This document shows positions 38,443 to 49,632 of a stretch of DNA of 64,000 nt, in pieces (position 1 is the stretch's first letter; each line of letters opens with the position of its first letter). A model generated the notes under the pieces. It was not told the DNA's origin. It made no database searches and saw only the letters and a list, made by a program, of their open reading frames with translations. Source of the DNA: Batkoa obscura (lineage: Eukaryota); contig JASVEC010000028.1 of NCBI GenBank assembly GCA_030770535.1, forward strand, positions 124,001 through 188,000. The letters run 5' to 3'. Position numbers and translations under genes: made by a program.

Positions 38443-39500
38443 TTATTGAATAGATCTAGATCTGGATCTAGATTTAGATACAGAACGACTAACACTTCTG
38501 CCATATTTTTTAGAGTACCTACCTTTAGAGTTGCTTCTAGAAGCATAGCTATATCTACGTGGTGGACTATAATCTCTTCCTCTTGAAACGGATCGAATTG
38601 GGGAACGAGATAAAGATCTAGAGCGAGATCTGTATCTATTTGGGGAATAAACTGGTCTATAAACTCTTCGGTTTCTTATTGGTGCTCGATATCTACGAAC
38701 TGGGGAGCGGCTGAAGGATCTTCTGCGGAAATTACGTCCTCGATAATTATTCCTTCTATTACGATAAACTGGAGCTAAGTAAAAGTTAGATTTAGTAAAT
38801 AAAAAAGAAAATTAAATTACAACGAACTGGCGATCTTGCTCTTCTCTCTACTAAATATCTCACGCTTATTTCATTACCATCAATATATCCCTATTAGTTT
38901 CATTAACATTTCTCTATTTTTCTATACTATTATTTTTACCAAGTCCATTGAACTCATAGCAATATCGGTTTCTTCTTTAGTAGAAAAAAGTACAGCAGCT
39001 TTACCTTTAATTTCTTTTCCTAACATACAGTTATTAATTTCAAAATAGTTATAAAAAAACTAACCTGGAGCTCTTAATGGGAATTGAATATCTTCAATTT
39101 TACCAAATAAACTAAATATTTCAATTAAATGATCTTTTGTAACATTTTTAGTAAGATTGGAAACCTCAAGTTTGGGGACTTTGTCTCTGCTAGAAACAGA
39201 GCTAAACGAACGTCTACTCCTTGATGAGTAAGAACGGGATCTATCTCTTATTGGTGATCTTGAAACAGATCTTGACCTTGAAACGGATCTATATCTAAAA
39301 TTATTAGCTATTTTTAATTTATTAATTTGGTATTCCTTACCTCCTTGGTAACGATCTTGAACGAGATCTTGAACGAGAATAGGAATAAGAGCGTGAAGGC
39401 GATTTTGATCTTGAAACTGCCTTTTCTCTCTTAGGTGATTCAGAGCCCCTAATAATTATAATTAATCTCTTGATTTTGTTGTTTTCCATTTTATTTACAT
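38443..39500 (-). CDS. RNPS1-like SR-rich RRM protein (multi-exon)
   Basis: RS dipeptide blocks flank an RRM beginning LEVSNLTKNVTKDHLIEIFSLFGKI. Stop TAA at 38443-38445. The start is ambiguous (39500 split ATG or 39489). Confidence 0.82.
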
Positions 39501-39872
39501 GAATTATTAACTTAAAAAATACAAAATTTTTTCACACTTTTAGCTTCTTTTTTACAGTCAGTTTACAAATTTATCTCTTTTGATTGGCTCATTTCCTTTT
39601 ACCCTTTCCTTATCATTTATTTTTACAAAATAATATACCAAAATAGATTATGTATATTAATTTTCTCTTAATATAAATATTGGTATTTCTTAAATATAGG
39701 GTAGCAAAGTAGCTATAAAAAATAAAAATTGATTTTTCACAAGTGTATTATACACTCAGAAATTTCAAATTATTTAGTTGACTTAAAACAAAACTCAATT
39801 TTTGCAACTGAAAATTGACCATAAATAAATTACGTCACTAAAAGGAGATTATATTTTTTAAACAAATAAATA

Positions 39873-42552
39873 ATGATGAACCGATTTTTCCAAGCAATAA
39901 AAGAAGCTTTAGATGATATTGATGTCGAGTCAGATACTTCAGAAGTAGAAGAGAGAGAAGAAGGAAAGATAAGCTCAGAAGTCGTAGCGGATAATGATGA
40001 GTATGAGCTAATTAATAATAAAGTTCCCAACTCAACTTACTCATTCAACCTTAATGACTCCAATTATTTTGTTTCAGAAAAAAGCTATGAGTTCAATTTT
40101 TGGTGTAAAAAAATATCTTCGTTTGAAAAAAAAGAAGTAAAAGTAGTCAAAGCTTATTTAGAACATTAACATTGAAATTTATAGTTGCTTGAGGACTTTA
40201 TTAAATTAGAAAATAACAAAGTAGTAGAAAAAGTAGTTTCGTACAAGGAAATAGCTTTAAACGAGGTAAGTTATGAATTTATTTATTTGTAGTAAATAAG
40301 CTTAGTTTAAAGTTCCATTTAAATAGATAGAAATTTATGAAAACTTAAACAAACTGCATTATATGCAACTTATATGGCCTAGCGTTGGAGTAAATAAAGA
40401 AGAATGGATTCATCAAGCAATTAAACTGGCTAACTCTCATTTAGAGATTAACTTTGCGACTAAAAATACTTCATTTTCAGAGAAAGTGACCAATTCCATC
40501 ATGAAAAGTATGAAGGATAGTAGATTAAAAAAGATATCTTTGATAAGTAACTAAGCATTTAAAATCTGTTATATGATGGTAACAATATACTTTAAGATTT
40601 ATATGCCATGTTATCTACCAGCATTAGTACCAGTTTCAATGAGATTCAGGCTACTATGGTTTCGCTTTCAATGTTATTTAATATCATTCAAAAAGTAAGC
40701 TTTATTGGTTTATTTGTTATTAACAGTGATAACAGCTTAATAAGGATTTAAAAAGTGACAATGAAAGTAATGCTATTTTAGCTTTAAAGTCATTAAGCTG
40801 GTTTCCAGATATGGAACTTGTAACCGAATTATTACCTATTATATTTAAGCTATTTAATAAAGCACAAAAAGAAAACAAGTAAGTAACTAGTAAATGGTGT
40901 TACTTTATATTGACAATTTTTAGCGTAAAAATAATGAAGTATAGTTTGGGATTAATCTATAGGATAGTTGCGCATAAAAAAGATATAGAAAATATTAACT
41001 TAGAATTTGGCATAGAAATATCTCAACTAATACAAACATTATTAATAGCATTAAAAATGGATGAGTTAAATGAGATTGGTTTAAATATAGCTTTATTAGT
41101 GGTTTCAATACCTGGGTTTCCCATTAAAACTATAATATTTTCAGTGACAGCCCTTATTTCAAAATTAAGTTCCATCTTCAGTAAATCAACTAATGTTTAT
41201 AAAAACTTGAATTCACCTTGGGCGCAAATAAAAGCATTAAGGATTATAAATGTTGCTGTAGCGAACAACTTGTCTTTAGATAAAATATTTTTACCGCTAG
41301 TTATTGATTGCTTTATTAATGCTTCAAATAATGTGAGAGGCGGAAGTGGTAAGTAAAAGGAAATAGCGAATTTTAAAGTAGCTCATTCATTATTTTATAT
41401 TAGGTATATTACTTGAATGCTCCATTATTCTTGGTAATATGAAGTTAAATAACGAAGATAAAAATTTAATCAGTGAAAACCAAAAAATTGTCAACCACAT
41501 TAACAAATGCTTGAATGAGCTATTCAATGCTAACCAACCAATAATGTATCGTTTAGCTTCAAAAATTATGCTATCACTACTACCACACGCTAATTTATTA
41601 AATTTTATGGATTACTTCCATACTTTGTTGTCGTTACTTAGTTACACTTCGGATATTTCTATTTTAGTAATTATTTATTTTTTGATTTAATAGTTTTAAT
41701 TAACGTTTTAGGCATGGAAAATTATACTTGAATTAAAACTTAATAATGAGCAATTTTATCAAAGTTATACTACTATTGAAGATCATCGCTTATTAATCAA
41801 AGCATCTAGTTTATGGATTCATTCTATTGAAAACAACATGACGTTGAATGAAAATAATTACAATAGCTTTGTCCTTATTAATATAATTGTAACAAAAATA
41901 ATACAAAAGATTGATAAAAATAATGACGGAAATAATAGAAATGAATATAATAAATTAAATGAGGATATCTCACCGATATCTATTATCATTCAATTAGAGA
42001 ATTTGTTAGTTAAAACTAAATTTAAGTATTTGGAACCATATATGCCGTTGATAATCAAAGTAAGCACTTTATATTTAAAGTATATACAATTAATATTATT
42101 CTAGATTATTAGTGTATTATACAAGCAACTTGAAAGCTGTATTGAACAGGTTGAGCTTTTGATAGCAGATAATTTAATAGATAATATGGAATCAATATGT
42201 AATAAGTTAATAGTTTATTGTGAGGAATATCAAGGTAATCATTATAGTAGTAGTAGTAATAGTTTTTAATTGATATTATTATAGAAGATCAGCTTTCAGA
42301 TCAAGTGATGGAGATAGCCCAATTGCACCTTATTTTATTTCAAAAAATTATTCATCATTTTAAAATTACTCATAGTCAACCTACTTTGCCTTTCAAACCA
42401 CAGTGTTTATCTATACTTTGTCATTGGGATAGTTTACTAAAAGTAAGTTATTTTTATTAATTAATGGTTGAACTTATATTGATATCAAATAGTATGAAAT
42501 ATTAGCTCATCTGGATGAGAATGATTATCTTAAATTTTATTTGAAAATCTAA
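39873..42552 (+). CDS. Diverged adaptin large subunit, most like AP-4 epsilon (trunk only, multi-exon)
   Basis: Exon translations include SYEFNFWCKKIS, LNKLHYMQL...WIHQAIKLAN, KDLKSDNESNAILAL, SPWAQIKALRII and LLECSII, in the order expected for an Adaptin_N trunk. Confidence 0.62.
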
Positions 42553-42573
42553 ATTATTCAACAGAAAATATAA

Positions 42574-42813
42574 TCATTTATTTCCATGCTCACACTCATA
42601 GTCGCTAAGCTTCATACATAATAAAGTTGGGAGTGCACCAAAAAGTTCTGCATAATGGAATTCATTATTATGTAGTTTACTTCCGATTTCCTTAAGTACG
42701 TCTTGAACTTTAGTTACGACCTCTCGACATGTTTGTACTTTTATTTCTCTCTCCATAAACTTGTTAACTTTATCTTGATGTTCTGCAATATTTAGTATAT
42801 CTTTATTTTCCAT
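42574..42813 (-). CDS. Hypothetical 79 aa protein
   Basis: ATG-initiated ORF with soluble-protein composition and a TATA-like run upstream. No recognised motif. Confidence 0.35.
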   Translation of the reverse strand: MENKDILNIAEHQDKVNKFMEREIKVQTCREVVTKVQDVLKEIGSKLHNNEFHYAELFGALPTLLCMKLSDYECEHGNK

Positions 42814-44866
42814 TTTATTTTTATTTTTATTTTTATTTTTTATCTATCATGGTTGATTATATATATATACTTTTGAATTTTAATCTAAAATTAGAATGTG
42901 ATATTTTGGTAAAACATAATACTGCGCGCTATTTAAGCTAGTTTATTGGGTGGAATGAAATAAGTTAATGTTCCAGTATTATAGACTATGCTTGGTATTC
43001 TATTAATCACTATCAAATGATTTAATTTTATAAAATTTTTACTATTGAGATTGAAATCGAATTTCTAGTTACTTTTTTAATATTGCAGGTTAATTTTTGA
43101 TTTTTTGCTAAAAAAGTAGAAAAAGAAAGTTTAATTAGTTTTAGTAACCGAAATGAAAAGCAATGATGTAAATATCAGTATGGTGCAAATAGGTTTTCAC
43201 TTCTTCAGGTTACTATTATTTCTAATTGGGTCACCAAATCATTGATATGAGGTGTTTCAACATAAAGCTATGATATTTTTATACTTTACTTTTTAAAATT
43301 TAATATAGTTGTTTAATATATCATTATCTATAGTACAATGAACAAAATCACTGATTCGTTTTATTATAGTTTTAATATAGTCATCAAATCTTTGGTATAA
43401 AAATTCCGAAATAAAATTGTATGATTTTCACAGTTTATAAGAATTATATTTTCCTAAAGTGGCTTAATACGTCTCCTTTTATAGAACCATAGATCATCAA
43501 TATAAAATGGTTAAGATCTATATCAATATACTTTTCTTATTAAAAGTAATATTCATTTTAATATCTTAAATTTCCTGAGCTCTAATCTAACCTGCATATT
43601 TATCAATAGAATGTTTAAAATGAATTTACTAACTCAATTAACCCTAAGGCACCTCAGGCCTATGAGCAAGTATCAACTAAATTATTGTGTCATGACTAAC
43701 GCTCTAAAAACCCATTAAATGTGTAGCAAGTCTGATTTAAATTTCATTAAAGAAAACCAGCAAAGAAGGACCATGTTAAGTCATACACCCAATGATAAAC
43801 CAGAGTTGTGATCTAGTCCTAGAACCTTGGGAGGAGTGTTATCCTTTACACTTATAGCTTCTAGTTTAATTATTATATGATCAGCTTTGGCCTGTCAATA
43901 TAAATATCAAGTTGATAAAAACGCCGCAGAGCCAGTGTCTACTAACCCAGCGTCTACAAACCCAGAACCTACTAACTCGTTTCTGTTGCTTTTAGACAAG
44001 TTTGAAAAATTACTTGGTTTGGATGAAGGTATAATATCAACTAATGGAACTGAAGAAAACCTTATGAAATCTATACATACACACATATATATATATTTGA
44101 GCGACGGACTTAAATATTTAAAAAAAGGATCAAATAATGTAACCAAATATGACAAGACTGTTTACTGTTTACTGTTTAATAGCTGTCAACTGCTTGGTTT
44201 TCTTAGCTTGTCAAACCCCAAAACTGCAACCTTTTTTTACACTCATTTTGTTCACCACCCCACTTCAAATAGATACTACACTCTATTGACAAATACCTTC
44301 ACCCATAAAAATCTATTGCACTTAGGGTTTAATATGGTCGCTTTGGAATCTTTTGGTAGACTAGCATGTTTTATATTCAGCATTGAGCAGTTTTTAGCCT
44401 TTTATTTAAGTAGTGGGATGGTAGCTACTTTAGCACGACGAATAGCTATCAAAGTTTTACCCAAAATTCATCATGGTTCAAAGTTAATCCCCAGTATAGG
44501 TGCCTCTGGGGTTACCTATGGTTTAGCTGGTTATATCACATATCTTCTTCCAGATTTGAAGGGTAGTGTTTTGCTTATCTCTTTCTTCGAGCTTAGTTTA
44601 AAGTGGTTGGTAGCTTCATTTATGACGTTAGATTTTATTGGGATTGTTAGGAGATGGAAAGCAATCGATCATTGTGTAAACATATGGGGGTGTCCGAATT
44701 GGTTTCAGAATTTAACTAGAAATTAATCCAAATTTTAAGTTTTTAAATTTGTAAGTCTTTAATGTATGATCAGCTAAATTTAAAAAGCTTAAAACTAAAT
44801 ATAAAAATTTAACTTAAAGACTTATTTTATTTATTTTATTTTATTTTATTTTTTTGATTATATGTT

Positions 44867-45223
44867 TGTGAAAGTTAGTACTCAGCAATTGGAGTTGAAA
44901 GCAGCTCTAGCTTAACTAACTAGCCGTGAGTCAAAAGGCCTTAGTTTATGTAACTAAGATAGACTTAAATTAATAGGAATAATACGTAATAAGTTACGAA
45001 CTATGTAAAACAAATAGAATAGACAATGCTACTGTAAAATCTACGTAAAATACTATAAGACTTAGTGGCTTTATTAAAAGTACAATATTAAGGAGCAATT
45101 CAATTAAAAAGCCTCGAGCTATTATGTTGAAGAATCTATTTTATACTCCAACTAGTTTTGTAAACAAGTTAAGTGATTATTATGCGGTAATCAATCATAG
45201 AGCTGATGAAACGATATTTCACA
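44867..45223 (-). mobile_element. Solo LTR (357 bp) inside Sola2-like copy A
   Basis: TGTGAAA...TTTCACA with flanks ATGTT/GTGTT (4-5 bp duplication). Homologous to 25288-25749 but about 105 bp shorter internally. Confidence 0.78.
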
Positions 45224-45315
45224 GTGTTTTGTATTTTTTCATTAAATGTTTAATAGATATGTAATATATAATTATATAATTATTTGACTTTATTTTCTAT
45301 TAAAATAAAAACAAA

Positions 45316-47015
45316 ATGCAAGCTTTTATAACTAAACTTCGAAATGGAATTTCTAAAAATTTCAATAGGGTAGGGAGAAGCACATTATATGAACATTGTA
45401 ATTCATTTACATCAATTTTAACAACTATTCACAATAACCCAGAGTTTATGGAATTTTATAATAAAACAAAAAATGGAAAAGAAATGTCATTAAAGTTTAC
45501 TATTAATAATAACAGACTTAATCAAGCAATGTATAAAATTAGTGCTTTAAAGGAAACAGGAAATAAAGACCACAAGTAGTATTATTATCGACTATAGCTT
45601 CAGTATATTCTTTTGATGAATGTAAAAGTTTTGGATTTAATATAAGTAGAAATCAATATGATTATTCAAAAATAATTAGCAATAATAAAACACCAACACT
45701 ACAACCTATTATTAAAAATACAAAAAAAATTAAAGATGAGTAAATAGAGATTATTATACAATGTTTACTTAATAATTCAAATATTTCATCAAGATTTAAT
45801 AAAAAAAACAATGATAATAAATATTCGTCAGATAATATATATATTAAATAAAAGTAGAAGAATGATATATAGTAAGTATTTTAATGATTTAAAAGATAAA
45901 GCAATAGCTAGGTCAACATTTTCCAAATATATACCAAATAATTTTAAAAATCCAGCAAGAAAAACAGATTTATGTAATATATGTGCCCAGTATACAGTTA
46001 GAAAAAAGTTATTTGAAAATAAAATAAATACAGCGACAGAAAATAAAGCAGAGATACAGGAATCTTTTAATAAAGAAAAAAGGTTATATAAATTACATGA
46101 ATTTTGTGTTGATACTCAAAAAAACATACTTAATGAAACTATTGAAAAATTAAATAATAGAAGTTGTATAATAATTTTAGACTTTAAACAAAATATGGAA
46201 ATAGGAACAAGACCAGATCCAATAAACTTAGATCATTATAACAAACAAGCTATATCAGTATTAGGGTTTGGCGTTTTATATTTAAAAAATGATAAAACAA
46301 TAGGCAAAGTTTATTTTGATTATCTATCTGAAATATTGAATCATGATTCAGCATATGCAGGAGATTGTTTAATTGACTTAATATCTAAAGAGCCTTTATT
46401 TAAAAAGTTTATAAAAATTAATATATGGGCAGATACAGGATATCATTTTAAATCTCAAGAGTTTTTACATTATATATTTGAAGAAATTTATAAAATAAAT
46501 AGTAGTTTAAATATTGATCTTAATTTTTTTGCTGAGCATCATGGAAAAAGTATAGTTGACGGACATTTTGAAAATCTTTCACAGTGGAAAAATAGTTTTG
46601 AAGCGTTAGGTAAAATAGATGTTGATCAATTAATTTCAAAATTTGAGATTTTTGTTTGTGAAAATAATAGAGTTAATAACTCAACTTTCAATAATGGGAA
46701 AGCAGATATAACTTTTAAAAAGTATGAAAGAAACAAAGATACAAAAATAATAATAAAAATAAAAGGTATTAAAAAGTATTTGCATTTTGTTAAACGTAAT
46801 AATAAACTACAATGTTATCCAGTATCTGATAGATCAAAAAAAGTGATATAATTCCAATTAAAGTTATAGAGTCTATAGAGGATAGAAAAATTAAAAGGTC
46901 AACCCCAGCTTATCTTACAAAAATAACAGAAAATTTAAAAGTTTCAATATTTAGTAAGCAAGTAAGTAGCTTATTAGATGATAGAAATCAACTATTAAAT
47001 GTTGATATTACTTAA
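45316..47015 (+). pseudogene. Sola2-like transposase, frameshifted in its 5' third, with an intact catalytic core
   Basis: CNIC zinc motif. Putative DDD triad in IIILDFKQN, IWADTGYHFK and FFAEHHGKSIVDGHF (HGK...D is Sola2-like). Frame breaks near 45577 and 45835 and a stop near 45741. A -1 frame extension runs to 47015. Confidence 0.85.
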
Positions 47016-47025
47016 ATTATTAATA

Positions 47026-47167
47026 GCTAAGTTAATAAATAGTCAAAGAGCAAGTAGTTGTAATAATAAGTAAAAACTATTAATACACTGCTTGTGTTAC
47101 ATAGGGATGGTTAATTATAGTTTTGGGGCTAACCACTCCCTCCCATGCAGCTATTTATTAACCTAAC
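47026..47167 (+). other. Predicted three-way-junction structured element in the transposon 3' region (copy A)
   Basis: The same 142 nt element as 24104-24245. Its outer stem has 2 mismatches and encloses two inner hairpins. Confidence 0.65.
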
Positions 47168-48579
47168 GATATATTGACAATGTAATTATAACATTAAAAT
47201 CGTTTATTTATTTGATAGCAAATCTGCAGTGTTGGCTATAAAGCAGTTAATAATAAATATTTCTTAATAAAGTTTTATAAATATATATATATTTACATAT
47301 TACAACTTTGATTAATATCACTACATAGGCTATATTGGCAAAAGCCTTGCTGATCCAGGAATTTATATTGAATTTGATAGGAATTCCGCCAACTTACAAT
47401 ATAAATTATAACAAAATAACTTAAAAATTGGATAAAAAAATGAATCAATTCCGACACCCCCATATATTTCCTTTAAAAATTTTGATTTTATTTACCATTT
47501 TTAGGCGCATTTTACTGGAGCTTCGTTTGGATTGTTATATGCCAAATATGGTAACGATTGCATTTGGATTCCAATTCAAAACAAGATTTTTGATGTTATG
47601 GATTTATTAGAGAAACGAAATCATAAATAATGCAGCTGTTAAAGTTCGATTAGACACTTTCCGTAGAATTTGTTCGTCTTCTATTTGTTTAGCTGCTTTA
47701 TAAAAAGCCTATTCCTTAAGCTTTAGTAAAATTTGTATCGAAATTTTTATTTCTGAATAATCGATAAAATAATGCACATTTGAAACTCAACAGCTGCTTA
47801 ATAAAGATACTAGACTTTAAACGATCTTTGTGATTTTTCAAAAGCCATAAATCGTTTGTAGAAACGGAACAATTATTATTTAGCCTTATTTAGTTTTAAA
47901 TAACTACTAGGTAAAGCTAAATGCATATTTTATAAATACAATAGCTAGATTAAAATAAGTAAGGTGGTCTCAAAAGTTTGTTTTTACTTTGAGAATAGGC
48001 TGCTTAAGTTATTATAAAGAGTATTTTTTGTAATTAGTTATTTTTGTCATAAAAGTTATAAGTAAGAGTATTTGAATTTACAAAAGTTGAGAGTCATATT
48101 TTTAACCATGTAAGTGTATTACTCTTTAATCCTTAATCACATATACTATCATCTGATCTGCGCCTTTATTTTGACTTCCTGTGCAGAACTTTATTTAATG
48201 CTCTATTTATGTTATTTTGCAGCTTTGGTAACATTAAGGTGTAAATACTTGATATATTTTCATGCACCCCTTTCTCCTCCTCTTATATCGAGAATTTTGA
48301 TTTCCCACCCTTTATGAATTGAAAGAAATTAAAAAAAACTCCAATAGTTGGATGATATTCACATTTTTGGTTTTGAATGTTCTGTTTTTTTCGAAATAAT
48401 TTAAATTATTGTTTTTTATAAGAAAATTCTCAATAAAAAAATATAAAATGATCACAAGATTTTTTAGACCCGCTTCATCATAATCTGTTAAAGAATAGAG
48501 TTAGTTTATACTATTTTCAGAAAACCTAGGTGCTATATAAATAAAGAAAATAGGTCATATCTATTGTTAAAAAAATACA

Positions 48580-49632
48580 ATGTTAAAAATTATTAAGTTA
48601 TTTACGTTTATTTTGTATATATATACTATTGCTTCATACAAAATCAACCCTAGGAATGAATCATCAGCTTCAGTAGTTAATGTTAGGCGGGCAGTTTCGC
48701 CCGGGGGCAGTAACTTTCTAATAGCGGATGTAGCTGCCTTTACAAAAGACATATTTGCCCCTAGTCTTATCCAAGATTTTTATAAAATATTTGTACAACT
48801 GCCACCGAAGAAATTAGCTTCGCCAAGAAATGTCAAGCATGGCACCATTGAAGATGTTCGTAAAAATTTAGTTCGTTCCTTAATTTCTACATGCCCAGCA
48901 CAAAAGATCCTTGACCAACAATGCCTTTGTAAACAAACGTATACAAATATTAAGATTTTTCAAAATGATGATTTTGATTCTTTGGTAACTGTTGCTACAG
49001 ATCAACAAGATAAATTAATTCTTGTTTCTTATCGTGGTTCATTAACTGCTCAAAATTGGGTTACTAATTTTGAATACCCTATGGTTGATTTACCCACTGC
49101 AAAAGAAGGTGTAAAAGTACATCATGGATTTTATTCCAACTACCTTTCTAACTACTTTCCTGTACGCAATGCTGTTATTGAATTACTTGATAACCCTAGA
49201 TATAAAAATTTTACATTACATATAACTGGATATAGTCTAGGAGCTTCAACTGCAACGATTTCTCTTCCAGATTGGGTTTCTCTTCTTAAATCAAGATACG
49301 ATCAAAGAAAGATAGAAGCTTATGCCTATGCTTCTCCTCGTCCAGGGAATGAAGGATTTGCTCAATATATTGCAGATTTAAATGTGCCAATAACTAGATA
49401 CTCTAATAGAAATGATATTGTTCCTCAACTTGGACCAAGATCTGGTGGTTTTGTCCATGCTGCACCAGAAATTCATGAAAGATATATTGGATTTGGTAGG
49501 ACCGAGTTGATTGAATGTAGTCAGGAATATGATGAAGATCCAAATTGTGGTTATAAAGAAAACTTCCCAGTGTCATTAGCTATGCATTTGGCACCTTTAA
49601 ATGGCTTAATGCCTTTACCTCCTTACTGTTAA
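48580..49632 (+). CDS. Secreted class 3 lipase (alpha/beta hydrolase)
   Basis: Signal peptide; motifs VSYRGS, VHHGF, TGYSLG nucleophile elbow, ASPRPGN, NDIVPQL and a C-terminal His (AMHL). Confidence 0.93.
   Translation: MLKIIKLFTFILYIYTIASYKINPRNESSASVVNVRRAVSPGGSNFLIADVAAFTKDIFAPSLIQDFYKIFVQLPPKKLASPRNVKHGTIEDVRKNLVRSLISTCPAQKILDQQCLCKQTYTNIKIFQNDDFDSLVTVATDQQDKLILVSYRGSLTAQNWVTNFEYPMVDLPTAKEGVKVHHGFYSNYLSNYFPVRNAVIELLDNPRYKNFTLHITGYSLGASTATISLPDWVSLLKSRYDQRKIEAYAYASPRPGNEGFAQYIADLNVPITRYSNRNDIVPQLGPRSGGFVHAAPEIHERYIGFGRTELIECSQEYDEDPNCGYKENFPVSLAMHLAPLNGLMPLPPYC

Larger units (their letters stand above)
44686..47461 (+). mobile_element. Sola2-like DDD DNA transposon, copy A (2776 bp including a solo LTR)
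   Basis: ATAT|GGGGGTGTCCGAATTGGTTTCA...TGAATCAATTCCGACACCCCC|ATAT. Removing it with one ATAT restores a 49 nt intron. Confidence 0.93.
43611..47630 (+). pseudogene. Disrupted paralog of the PCP1/PARL rhomboid, with a transposon in its intron
   Basis: The 5' part MFKMNLLTQLTLRHLRPMSKY parallels 53354 but runs into stop codons. GASG is retained. Donor GT at 44676 and acceptor AG at 47503-47504. The last exon AHFTGASFGLLYAKYG matches the intact gene. Confidence 0.88.

Noticed and set aside
36138..39048. ORFs 36138-36455, 38389-38586 and 38836-39048
   Set aside because: Antisense to the low-complexity cyclin tail and to RNPS1-like exons, with no independent motifs.
45316..45850. Alternative genetic code or introns explaining the breaks in the transposase 5' region
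   Set aside because: Host genes end in standard stops, and the breaks include frameshifts in short runs or microsatellites, which fits decay.
47026..47167. Hammerhead ribozyme, SECIS, tRNA or H/ACA identity for the structured element
   Set aside because: I found no CUGANGA/GAAA core, no paired UGA/GA quartet, no T-loop consensus and no convincing H and ACA boxes on either strand.
47016..47461. Fanzor/TnpB cargo or an omega-RNA in the Sola2-like element
   Set aside because: There is no RuvC-like ORF or fragment in either copy, and the structured element lies about 300 bp inside the end rather than overlapping it.
47428..47610. 60 aa ORF reading out of the transposon end
   Set aside because: It is out of frame with the rhomboid last exon and spans the TIR and intron; a chance ORF.
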